Shown here in pieces: positions 27,754 to 37,055 of a stretch of 64,000 nucleotides of DNA (its first letter is position 1; every line of letters starts with the position of its first letter). This DNA is from a virus: the IMG/VR virus record IMGVR_UViG_3300035181_002522, positions 1 through 64,000 of that record; one strand, written 5' to 3'. The notes under the pieces were generated by a model. The model saw nothing but the letters and a program-made list of their open reading frames with translations, had not been told where the DNA came from and made no database searches. The position numbers and the translations under genes were made by a program.

Positions 27754-28761
27754 TTAACCGTGGATTACCGCGTAAAGAGCCATACGTTTCCATTTGTCTG
27801 GATGAGCTGAGGCTCTGATTTTTACAACTTCAATTAATGACCTTAAGCTTAAGCCAGCGATGCGATTGACGTTTTCTTCAATAAATGATAAAGCATCTTC
27901 TTTAACTTCTCTTGAGAACTCTGGCATAAACTCGTCACTGGCTATAATCAGGTACATTCTGCAAATCATCTCTGATTTTGACATTGAAAGGTCAACACAG
28001 GTGCAGCGAGTTTTAATGGCAGTATCCATTTCGCGCATTGACATGTTGCTGATGAAGATAACTTTGCCAGTAAAAATGAAAGACCTTGGGAGGTCGCTGA
28101 AGGGATTTTCTGAGTTCCAAGAAACTTCACGGATATCATAGCTGTCCAAAGCAGCTTTCAAGACATTCACGGCATCGCTATTTTTAAAGATGCTGTCACA
28201 ATCGTCAAAGATAATTAAGCGGCCATTGTTTTCGTACAGTTGACGATATAATGACTTTGGAGTTGAGTAACCTTTAATGACAACATAGTCACCTTTTACA
28301 ACTTCAACTTCAACTTCGGTTTCATTGCCATCATCGTCAATTCCAGGAACCATTTCTTTTTCGACATAGGTTTTCATCAAACCTAAACGTTTTAGAGTTG
28401 AGGTGACTGTGTAGCTTTTACCAATGCCCCCGCGGCCAACTAGCATTTCCGAAACCAAGGTGCCAGTAGCAACCATCTCAGTAAATTCTTCAACAAATTC
28501 AAATCTTTCGTTAATATGGAATTCAGGCTCAACATCAATTTCGTCATCACCTAGTGTTTGAGGTAATTGACCAAAATTTAATTTGACTTCTTCACTCAAA
28601 ACCGCTTTTGTGACGTTGAACTTTTTGGCTTTTGAGTTAAAGCCACCGTTAATTACATTAAGGACATAATCAGAGCTATTACCACGAGCTAAAATTTGAC
28701 CTTCAAAAGAAGCTTCAAATTTGTTTGTCATTGGGTTTAATGAGACGGTTGCGATATTCAT
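27754..28761 (-). CDS. AAA+ family ATPase
   Basis: Walker A GRGGIGKS, Walker B LIIFDDCD, sensor-1 VIFISN, Arg finger AIKTRC. Confidence 0.85.
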   Translation of the reverse strand: MNIATVSLNPMTNKFEASFEGQILARGNSSDYVLNVINGGFNSKAKKFNVTKAVLSEEVKLNFGQLPQTLGDDEIDVEPEFHINERFEFVEEFTEMVATGTLVSEMLVGRGGIGKSYTVTSTLKRLGLMKTYVEKEMVPGIDDDGNETEVEVEVVKGDYVVIKGYSTPKSLYRQLYENNGRLIIFDDCDSIFKNSDAVNVLKAALDSYDIREVSWNSENPFSDLPRSFIFTGKVIFISNMSMREMDTAIKTRCTCVDLSMSKSEMICRMYLIIASDEFMPEFSREVKEDALSFIEENVNRIAGLSLRSLIEVVKIRASAHPDKWKRMALYAVIHG

Positions 28762-28795
28762 CTTAAATTCCTAATCAACTTTAGTAGATGGTGTT

Positions 28796-28824
28796 ATTCT
28801 ACACCATCTACTTCAAATGTAAAC
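28796..28824 (-). promoter_or_regulatory. T4-early-like promoter overlapped by an inverted repeat
   Basis: GTTTAC-17 nt-TAGAAT; IR GTAGATGGTGT/ACACCATCTAC spans the -10 box. Confidence 0.6.
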
Positions 28825-28843
28825 GGAAAAACTGGAAATACTG

Positions 28844-29482
28844 TTAAGAAGTTAACAATATTAACTTTTGGAAGAAGTCAGCTTGCACCCCGATACCGAC
28901 AAACGTCAAGCACTTTATCAAGGTGCTGATAGTTTCACTATTGGTCAAATCAAGAAAAAAGCTGTCAATTCGTTTCTTAACAGAATTGACAAATACTTTG
29001 ATTTTAATGTTTAATTTTGATAAGTTTTTGAATTTTTTTCTAATAAATTGAACAACATCATTCATTGTCACGCACGGCTCTTTCATCTCAACAGTATTCA
29101 TTGAATTACCACGAGCACAATTGCACTCATGACAAGTAACTCGAAAGTTTGTTAAATCATCTTTACCGCCATGTGAGACTGGAATGATATGGTCAATATT
29201 CAAAAATGAAATTTTATTGAATGACTTGCTCCAAGTCATTACTCGCCAAAGTTCTCTTTCTCTACCACTTTTGGTCAATTGAAAAAATTGTTGAAGATGG
29301 GTACCATTACAGCCACACATACTACATGTCAAATTACTAAGTTGATGCAGCAAAATTAGATTTCTGCTCAATGGAACATATTGTCCATTAACTAGAATGT
29401 TATGGTATTTTGTATGTGCAGGTGTTATTTGAGAAAAAACATCATTTATGTTTAAAATCTGCTTAGACATAATAAGCTCCAA
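28844..29482 (-). CDS. HNH endonuclease
   Basis: CSMCG ... NIDHIIPVSHGG ... N ... TCHECN. Confidence 0.85.
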   Translation of the reverse strand: MELIMSKQILNINDVFSQITPAHTKYHNILVNGQYVPLSRNLILLHQLSNLTCSMCGCNGTHLQQFFQLTKSGRERELWRVMTWSKSFNKISFLNIDHIIPVSHGGKDDLTNFRVTCHECNCARGNSMNTVEMKEPCVTMNDVVQFIRKKFKNLSKLNIKIKVFVNSVKKRIDSFFLDLTNSETISTLIKCLTFVGIGVQADFFQKLILLTS

Positions 29483-29509
29483 ACCAGCGGCTTTGTTTAT
29501 GATGGAGCA

Positions 29510-29538
29510 ATCATATCACAATACTAGCTTTTGTAAAC
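29510..29538 (-). promoter_or_regulatory. T4-early-like promoter
   Basis: GTTTAC-17 nt-TATGAT with extended -10 TG. Confidence 0.6.
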
Positions 29539-29560
29539 ATTAAAAAGTGTTAACTGCATC

Positions 29561-30466
29561 TTATTTTTTCAACAATTTCTTGAATGCCGCAGTGGTAACC
29601 TTATACTTCTTTCCATTCCATTCTATCACAACTCCTTCCATATCTTGACCAATATTTGAGTCAAGATGATTTAGCATTGCTTGGCTGTGCGCAAGTACTT
29701 GACTGGCTAGTTGGTCCTTAATTACATCTAATATGGCTGTGAGCTCAAGCTTTTTAGCTTTATCACCATGCTTCAATGAATTCACCAGCTCTTTTGCATT
29801 ATTTGGCAACAACTTGAGTGGAGACAACGCAGCGGAAACGTCTAAGGTATGCTGAGTTCCAATTTGAGGATTGATGATTTTTATCTTTGTGGTAGATTGC
29901 TTTAACAACTTGTCAATAATCTTTTCTTCTTGCGGATGTTGCTCACCATTGCTCGCAACTTCAACTTTGAGAGGAACAATGGTTAGTTCACTACCAAGCT
30001 TCGATTTATCATAATGAATGTTGACAAATTTTAGACCAAGCTCTGATTCCTCAGCCATTGGATTGTAAAGCAGTTCAACAATTACCTTTGTATCATTTGG
30101 CAAGCTTTTCCAAAGCTTTGATTTGTGGAGTACTTCATAAAGTTCATCGTAATGTTTGGCTCGAACAATAGAAAGTTCACTGCTATTCTTGCCTGCAGTA
30201 TAGCTAGAAAATGCTCCACTAGTTTGAATAATACCACTTCTAGAGGATTCAAAAAAGAAATGCCCATGCGCATCTTTGCCGAAGCGAGCTCCAAGACCAT
30301 CAACTTTAAGTTTTAGCTTTAAGTCTTTCCAATGCATTGATGTTTCATTAGCAATTGAACTTAACAGTTCTAAAGCTTCAGCAGGTTTCATCTTTTCAAG
30401 GTGAACTATGCTCTGTTTTTTAGAAGGTTTAGCACTTTCAACTAAGTATTCTTTAAATGTTGTCAT
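29561..30466 (-). CDS. ATP-dependent ligase-like nucleotidyltransferase-fold protein with capsid-targeting-like N-terminus
   Basis: Motif I LKVDG, motif IV EGVVI, motif V KYKV; N-terminus MTTFKEYLVE. Confidence 0.6.
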   Translation of the reverse strand: MTTFKEYLVESAKPSKKQSIVHLEKMKPAEALELLSSIANETSMHWKDLKLKLKVDGLGARFGKDAHGHFFFESSRSGIIQTSGAFSSYTAGKNSSELSIVRAKHYDELYEVLHKSKLWKSLPNDTKVIVELLYNPMAEESELGLKFVNIHYDKSKLGSELTIVPLKVEVASNGEQHPQEEKIIDKLLKQSTTKIKIINPQIGTQHTLDVSAALSPLKLLPNNAKELVNSLKHGDKAKKLELTAILDVIKDQLASQVLAHSQAMLNHLDSNIGQDMEGVVIEWNGKKYKVTTAAFKKLLKK

Positions 30467-31134
30467 TAATAATTTCCTTCAAACCATTCACTTCCAAATG
30501 AAGGTGCAGTTCTACCATTTAGCCAAGTTAAAAACCAATGATCATCATTAGCATGCCACTGGCTTTCTTTTAATTCACCTGGTTTTGCTTGTGCAACCCA
30601 AAAATAACGTTGATCGTCATCCCATTTACTATCTTGCTTTGGCTTTTCATCCATGCTACTCAATTCATTGGTTTCTTTATCCCAAGTATAAACATTAACA
30701 AATTTAGGCAACTTTTTCCAAACTTTTTCAGCTTCTTTAGAAAGAGAATATCCATTCATCAAATTATAACCTTCTTTTGCTAATTTAATATACAGATTAG
30801 TTCCAACACCTTTCCCTCGATATTGTGGAAACAGCGCTACATCTTTAACTTGCCAATACACACCATTTGAAATACTACTATTCAACCATGCATAGCCAAC
30901 AATATCAGATCTATTTTTTCTCGCAGTGAGAATTATAAATTTATCATGAAGGCCAAATTCGCTATATTCGAAAACTGCAATATCTTTTTCAGTGTTATTA
31001 TTTTCTCTAATTAATATTACGAATTTTAATAAAGTAGCAGTTTTAACCCATTCAGCAAGTTGATCTCGATCGACCATTTGCCCTTGCGATGCATTACTTC
31101 TAAATTCTTGAAGATATTCTTTGAATGATGTCAT
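30466..31134 (-). CDS. GNAT family acetyltransferase with capsid-targeting-like N-terminus
   Basis: Acetyl-CoA motif A VALFPQYRGKGVGTNLY; N-terminus MTSFKEYLQE. Confidence 0.75.
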   Translation of the reverse strand: MTSFKEYLQEFRSNASQGQMVDRDQLAEWVKTATLLKFVILIRENNNTEKDIAVFEYSEFGLHDKFIILTARKNRSDIVGYAWLNSSISNGVYWQVKDVALFPQYRGKGVGTNLYIKLAKEGYNLMNGYSLSKEAEKVWKKLPKFVNVYTWDKETNELSSMDEKPKQDSKWDDDQRYFWVAQAKPGELKESQWHANDDHWFLTWLNGRTAPSFGSEWFEGNY

Positions 31135-32198
31135 TTATAATTCTCGTAATAAGAATTCTTCATTTGAGTTAATTTTTGTGCCGGAATGCCAAAGCCTAAT
31201 ATTTTCACAGCATAATCATAAGCTGCTGTTTTTTCAGCTTGGTCTTTAATTGGGTCTCCACGATACAAGCCCTGGGATTTTTCACCCCATAGTTTTTCAA
31301 CAAAGCTATCTAATACTGCACTGGCCTGTTTCTTAGACATATGCGCATTTATTAGCTCTAAAATACCTTTAAATGTCCAAAATTTTTCAATATCAGTTTC
31401 TTTTGGCTCTATATCAAACACCTCTTTTACAATATCATACAAATTCGTATTCCATTCTTTAGAACCAGTTTCTCGAATAACTGGTTTTCCAACTTGAGTG
31501 CCAATCTTTTCGTATTTTTTACGAAGACCTTTGATTGATAGAGCGTGCAGACTTGCGGTTAAATCTTTTTGCTTGGTTTTCATTTGAAGAATGCTTTCTT
31601 TTTTCTTATGCCCCATTAATGAAGTCATCAGCAATTTATGGAAAGCTCCCTTGATGCCGAGCTGTAAATCTTCAAATGAAGATGAATGCGAGAAATGAGA
31701 CCATTTGGTTGGTTCTCCTTTTTCAAATTCAGAATATTCAAAATCAATTTGGATATATTGGTCTAAATCTGAACAAAACCAAACAGTGATTGTTTGGTCA
31801 CCAGACTTTTTAGAGCCAATAAGCTTTAAAGTACCAAATGTTTCACCTTCATGGTGAGTAAGAAAGACAATAATTTGTTCACGCAAGGTTTCAGGCACCA
31901 TTAAATCGATATCACCCACGGACTTTTTGTATTTTAATAGCTCTTCAGAGGATAGATTTTGATTGAAGAAATGTTTAGTAGAACCAGAAAAATAATGACC
32001 AGCCTTCAAGCTTGTTTTTTTCCAAAGCTCGATGCCAGTATCATCTTTAAATTCAGCACTAATTTTTAATAAGCTAGAATAAATGTTATTTGCAGCTTTA
32101 ACTCGATCGGCTCTTGTCAAGTCAATTGCTTGTGCAATGTGCCCTTTTATGACAGCGTTACCACCTTCTAAGAGAAGAAACTGTTTGAATGAAATCAT
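31131..32198 (-). CDS. Pol-beta superfamily nucleotidyltransferase with capsid-targeting-like N-terminus
   Basis: FSGST ... VGDIDLMV ... YIQIDF; N-terminus MISFKQFLLLEGGN. Confidence 0.65.
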   Translation of the reverse strand: MISFKQFLLLEGGNAVIKGHIAQAIDLTRADRVKAANNIYSSLLKISAEFKDDTGIELWKKTSLKAGHYFSGSTKHFFNQNLSSEELLKYKKSVGDIDLMVPETLREQIIVFLTHHEGETFGTLKLIGSKKSGDQTITVWFCSDLDQYIQIDFEYSEFEKGEPTKWSHFSHSSSFEDLQLGIKGAFHKLLMTSLMGHKKKESILQMKTKQKDLTASLHALSIKGLRKKYEKIGTQVGKPVIRETGSKEWNTNLYDIVKEVFDIEPKETDIEKFWTFKGILELINAHMSKKQASAVLDSFVEKLWGEKSQGLYRGDPIKDQAEKTAAYDYAVKILGFGIPAQKLTQMKNSYYENYK

Positions 32199-32512
32199 TT
32201 TTTAGTTTCCTCATCTTTGAGGTATTTTCCAATTAGGTGTAAACCATGAAAATAATGGTGATGAATATCAGCGCTTGGCTCGAAGGTCGTTAAAAGATGA
32301 GTGCTTTCATAAATTCTGCCGTTTAAGGTAATCTTATAAGTTTTACCATTATGCATGAATATTAAGTTTCCCTTCGCTAATTCAGTGTCAGATGATTTTA
32401 ACTTAAAGTGTTCAGAATTAAAACTAGAACCTTCAATGACTTTTCTAATCGAATAGATTAAATCATTACTAGTATGTTTTGGAGTTGTTTCAAATAATTC
32501 AGTTATTTTCAT
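32195..32512 (-). CDS. hypothetical protein, possible internal head protein
   Basis: 105 aa; N-terminus MKITELFE; first gene after the late promoter motif. Confidence 0.65.
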   Translation of the reverse strand: MKITELFETTPKHTSNDLIYSIRKVIEGSSFNSEHFKLKSSDTELAKGNLIFMHNGKTYKITLNGRIYESTHLLTTFEPSADIHHHYFHGLHLIGKYLKDEETKK

Positions 32513-32543
32513 GGTCTAGTTTAAGTAGAGGGATTAACTAAAT

Positions 32544-32550
32544 TATTTAT
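32544..32550 (-). promoter_or_regulatory. T4-like late promoter motif heading the 32512-29561 operon
   Basis: ATAAATA on the minus strand ~30 bp upstream of the ATG at 32512. Confidence 0.55.
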
Positions 32551-32558
32551 TTTGAAAG

Positions 32559-33185
32559 TTAGCTTATACGCAGTGTCTTATCATTTTCATTACCAACAAA
32601 ATTCTTTTTTAAGAATTGTTTAATCTCAGAATATGATACTGGAGAGAAATTCCAATTGTCAACACCAACATCTACTCGACGGAATTTTGAATCGAATTTT
32701 AAATTACCATGTGTGTGCCCATGTAAATGCCAGCTGTGATAATACATTTTATCCCAGCTCAAAAGTGGATAATGACACATTTGAATAAATTGAATTCCAC
32801 CAGCGGCATCAGAATCAGGAACTGAAATTGTCAGCATATCGTGCACTGATGTAAAATAATTGTGCAAACCGTTTAATGGCGCATCATGATTTCCTTTAAT
32901 TAAGTGAATATTTCCATTTAACTGCTCAAGCAGCTCTTTAACCTTTGGTTTTGCTGAAAAAGCAAAATCACCTAAAAAATAAACAATGTCATGTGGTTTT
33001 ATCTTTGCGTTCCAGTTATTGAGCATGGTGCTATTCATTAGCTCAATGTCTGGTTCTGGAATTCCTCTATCATTAAATTTACCTGGAATTGTAAATGGTC
33101 TTTTGCAATAATTAATGATATTACCATGATAAAAGTGTGTATCTGAAACCCAAAAGATTTCTGGTGAATGTTCTTGTTCTGTCAT
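32559..33185 (-). CDS. calcineurin-like metallophosphoesterase
   Basis: SDTHFYH, LGDF, GNHD, CHYP, LHGHTH. Confidence 0.9.
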   Translation of the reverse strand: MTEQEHSPEIFWVSDTHFYHGNIINYCKRPFTIPGKFNDRGIPEPDIELMNSTMLNNWNAKIKPHDIVYFLGDFAFSAKPKVKELLEQLNGNIHLIKGNHDAPLNGLHNYFTSVHDMLTISVPDSDAAGGIQFIQMCHYPLLSWDKMYYHSWHLHGHTHGNLKFDSKFRRVDVGVDNWNFSPVSYSEIKQFLKKNFVGNENDKTLRIS

Positions 33186-33192
33186 AAATTCC

Positions 33193-33975
33193 CTAATATT
33201 TTGCTAATACCCAAGTTCTATTTAAATCAATAAGTGGAGCATTTACTGGTTGACTGTTGATAACCAATACCAAAGAACACCAAGTCACATCATCAAATTC
33301 TGCTGCTATCCCTTGATATAAGTAGCAATCTTGAATATCAACCATTCTCTCTGCAGTCCAATGAGAGTACTTGCCAACTTGCGTTTTAGTTTGGTGATAT
33401 AAAATTTGGTGTCGTTCTTTGTTAAATGTAATTTCAATAATTGCAGCTTTTGACTCATTTCAATTCAACAGCATGTATGATTTATCATCTTTCCTGCAGA
33501 AATATGATTTGATGTTTTGTTCAGCATTCAAATTTTCTTTAAATTCGGCTTGGTTTACTGGCTGGAATCTGTATTCAATTTCCAATTTTGAACCGATGAA
33601 GCAACCGATGACTTGATGTTCATTTTTGAATTGTTTAAATAAATTTAGTCCAATTAATCGATTAAATTCAGCAGCTTTTGCCGGTTTATCAAATGGAACG
33701 TCAATTTTGCTTTTGATAGAAGCGATTTTTGGTGAACTGATGTAATAATATTCGTTAGACACTTTGTCACGAAAAACGTATCGTTCTATAACATCTCTTG
33801 CTAAATTGATACCGTTTAAGTGCCTGTATACTTGACGATTTTCATTAATGATGGCATGGATAAAACTGAACTTGCCAAGATATTCGACCTCATTGAGTAA
33901 TTGAACAACTGAAACAGTATCACCAAGATTGACATCTTTTAGTGAAATTTTGTTAGTAGTTATTGCTTTTGTCAA
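33193..33975 (-). pseudogene. ~260-codon gene interrupted by an in-frame TGA (33460-33462)
   Basis: The frame continues open for 88 codons (NESKAAIIEITFN...WVLAKY) to TAG at 33193, directly before the next gene. Confidence 0.6.
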
Positions 33976-34014
33976 TATATTAGCTTGTTGATAAATGCTT
34001 ATTTATCGGTCATG

Positions 34015-34641
34015 TTACTGATCACTGATTATGCCTGTTGCTTCCATGAAAATGTCGCGCGTTGATTTGTATCCGCCATTTCCATTTGAAACATCTATGA
34101 TAACTTTATGTTTAAAATCAGATTTTTCAAATGCAGTAACAAAATCTTGCTGTTCTGCTTCTTTCTGAAAGAAGTCAAAGCTTTGACCATCATCTTGAAT
34201 AAATGACCAATTAGAAGTTGTTAAAAGAATTAACTTAACGTGGTTCCAGCGATAGACTTGATGCTCATATTCTAAATTGAACACATAGTGCCCTGGATAA
34301 TTCCGATATCGATTAGCGTAAACAAATTCACCAAGGTGAAAACGATCAAAGATTAAGTTATTATCAGGAGATTTTAAAAGTCTAAAGCCATTTTCAAATG
34401 ATCGATATTGAAAAGTTTTCAATGGGTCATTTGCCGCAGTATGATACGCTGGAAGATAATTATGTCGAACATAATAATCTAGTTTTTCAGGCTTTGCGAA
34501 GTGCATAACCTGAAAAAAACCAAACTGCTGTTTAAGCTCATTGATAAGTGAGGTTTTTCCCAACCTGTCTACACCTTCAACGATAAATGAACTATACACT
34601 GAATTGATCTCTTTAGATTTTTTAGAGGTATATTTTATCAT
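34015..34641 (-). CDS. deoxynucleoside monophosphate (thymidylate-like) kinase
   Basis: P-loop IVEGVDRLGKT; DRFHLGEFVY motif. Confidence 0.8.
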   Translation of the reverse strand: MIKYTSKKSKEINSVYSSFIVEGVDRLGKTSLINELKQQFGFFQVMHFAKPEKLDYYVRHNYLPAYHTAANDPLKTFQYRSFENGFRLLKSPDNNLIFDRFHLGEFVYANRYRNYPGHYVFNLEYEHQVYRWNHVKLILLTTSNWSFIQDDGQSFDFFQKEAEQQDFVTAFEKSDFKHKVIIDVSNGNGGYKSTRDIFMEATGIISDQ

Positions 34642-34951
34642 CTAAAGAGGTCATTTAACACTGATACTTCATAAGCCAATTTATGGCATTAGCAATGGTA
34701 TTCCTAACATCATATAAATCGTAAACGAAATATAGATGGGTATCATTGTACCCGCATAGATTTTTTCAGATTTTGAAAGTTGTTCAATCAAGCTTTTGGC
34801 CTTTTTCATTTTCAGTTCCTCTTGGATGTTAACTTTTGGTTAATTATAATGGATTAGATTGTAGAGTCCATTATATCATTATATATAAACAATGACATCA
34901 GTTTAGCACCATTATTCACAAATCTTGAGGAAAAATATCATTAACCCTGGG

Positions 34952-35113
34952 TTAATAGTCTTTGACTTTACATTCAATGGCATAACCTTCGTAGAAAAGT
35001 TCAGGCGTTTTTCCAGCTTTACGAGCTTCAATTAAATCACCTTCATGTATCCAAGCACTTAGCCACCAGATAAAGGCCATCAAAGCGATATACAGAGCAT
35101 ATTCAATAATCAT
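34952..35113 (-). CDS. small membrane protein
   Basis: MIIEYALYIALMAFIWWLSAW... hydrophobic N-terminus. Confidence 0.5.
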   Translation of the reverse strand: MIIEYALYIALMAFIWWLSAWIHEGDLIEARKAGKTPELFYEGYAIECKVKDY

Positions 35114-35312
35114 TGCAACAAAGGTAAAATTTATTGGTGGAATGTTGACCAACTAAATTTGCTGACATTAATAAACGAGCACGAGATAAACCTAAATGAG
35201 TTGGGAATATTTTAGCTAACAATTGATGTGCTACATAATTTTGCATAATGGGCTTCCTATTTTAACTGATTTGACATCAGTTGAATATCAAAATAAAAAC
35301 TTTTATTATACA

Positions 35313-37055
35313 TTAAGAAAACCAAATAGAAGAATAATTTACAGAAAACTCATCTTGCCAAACATTTAATTTATTCCCCCAGAGCCATTTAGATGTTTCA
35401 TCTAAAAAATATGTTTTTGCCCAATCTTCACTACTTCTAACTGAACGACCTGCCCCCTGGACCATTTTTACTATAGTTTCTAATGAATATACATCACTAT
35501 GATTTTTAGCAATGTACTGTGTGCGTTTATCTCCTAATGAAGCATATGGAGTTTTTATGAAAATTTGAAATCTACTTAAGTCATCATCTAATGATAATCC
35601 TTCAAACATACTTGGCGAAATTAAAATTTTTAAAGATTGCTCATCTTTAAATGATTTGACTAAATCATTTAATTTTTGCCCTCTTTGATGAGAAAATATT
35701 TTTACAGTTTTTAAATTATTAAGCCCGTTTGTAATGAGTTCAGTAATTTCAAATGACGGAGTTAAAATTATGCCATTTTCATTATTGGCGCAATGTGATT
35801 TAACAATTTTATTGCATGCAGTAATTAATTTATCTCTGACAGGTTTTTCTTTTAAAGTATTATAATTTAACTTTGCGACATTACAGAAAATTATTTTTTT
35901 ATTTTCTTTTGCAAAGATTGGTGGCAATTTAATAAAAGCAGTTTCTGTTTGATCCAAATTTAGCATTTTTATTAATGAAACATCGTCACAAGTCGCCGAC
36001 ATGAATAATTGAAATTGTGAATTAATTAATTGCTCAAACATTTTACCAGCAAATATTGGCTTAACTGAAAGTTCTTTAGCCTCTATATTAAGCTCAAAGA
36101 TATGCTCATATTCATAAGCAACTAAATCACCAATCTTACAAGCTAAATCCCCATATTTTTTCCCAATCTTATTAAGCTTAGAATATTCTTTAAGGTCTTG
36201 AGTTAAAACTGATTCTGCTTTCTGTTTAAAATTAGCTTCAATCAATTTATAAATTTTGTGCAGCTCTTGAAGGCGTTCCCAATAGTTTTTATCAGTGATT
36301 TTACCTTCACTAATATCATTTTTTAGCCGCTTGAAAAAACCAAAAATATCTAAATCCGTGACAATTTTTAAATTTTCACTAACTTCTTGAATAATATTAT
36401 CAATTCTTTTGTCAGATATAAACACTGCGCAATGTTCAGCAAATGCGTTATTAATCGTATGAGCTTCATCCCAAACGGTAACGGTTCGATAAGCATGCTG
36501 GTTTGCGAATAACCTGTCAATAAAGAAATAGCTGTAATTTGTAATCACGTGGCGAGTGATATGCTTCAACTGTTTTAATCGATTAAATTCACATTTACCA
36601 CAAAACTTATCAACTAACTGCTCTAATTCCGGCTTTTTGGAGCGCTTCATATCGGTTCGACAACAATTATCCGCAGTTTCTGGAACAAACTTTGTTGATA
36701 AAGCTTCACATTCGTAGTTATTAGAACCTTTTACCTGAATAAAATCGCGAATGCCATCAAATGTTTCTTGATACTGTGTTGCAAGCATGTTTGTGCCAAC
36801 TAAGATAAAAGAAGCAAGTCGCTCTGGAATATCCATTATCTCATGTAAAACATCAGCAACTACGGCACCAATGATAGATTTACCAGCTCCAGTCGGTGCC
36901 GATAATACAACATTAGTTTTCCCTTCAATTAAATATGCTGATAGAACTTGGTCAATATCGTGAACTTGATTGCCACGCGGTGATTTACCTAATCGCTGAA
37001 AGCCAGCTAAAATTTCTTTTTCAAAGTTCATTGTTGTGCGCTTTTCGTTTTGCAA
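35313..37055 (-). CDS. DinG/XPD-family SF2 helicase
   Basis: APTGAGKS, Cys cluster (possible Fe-S), ITNYSY, WDEAH, MSAT, EGLSL, QGAGRSVRS. Confidence 0.88.
   Translation of the reverse strand: MQNEKRTTMNFEKEILAGFQRLGKSPRGNQVHDIDQVLSAYLIEGKTNVVLSAPTGAGKSIIGAVVADVLHEIMDIPERLASFILVGTNMLATQYQETFDGIRDFIQVKGSNNYECEALSTKFVPETADNCCRTDMKRSKKPELEQLVDKFCGKCEFNRLKQLKHITRHVITNYSYFFIDRLFANQHAYRTVTVWDEAHTINNAFAEHCAVFISDKRIDNIIQEVSENLKIVTDLDIFGFFKRLKNDISEGKITDKNYWERLQELHKIYKLIEANFKQKAESVLTQDLKEYSKLNKIGKKYGDLACKIGDLVAYEYEHIFELNIEAKELSVKPIFAGKMFEQLINSQFQLFMSATCDDVSLIKMLNLDQTETAFIKLPPIFAKENKKIIFCNVAKLNYNTLKEKPVRDKLITACNKIVKSHCANNENGIILTPSFEITELITNGLNNLKTVKIFSHQRGQKLNDLVKSFKDEQSLKILISPSMFEGLSLDDDLSRFQIFIKTPYASLGDKRTQYIAKNHSDVYSLETIVKMVQGAGRSVRSSEDWAKTYFLDETSKWLWGNKLNVWQDEFSVNYSSIWFS

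Noticed and set aside
17836-33975. Genome-wide stop-codon reassignment
   Set aside because: Only two interrupted genes, with different stops (TAG and TGA). All long conserved genes are intact in the standard code, and both codons are used as true stops elsewhere.
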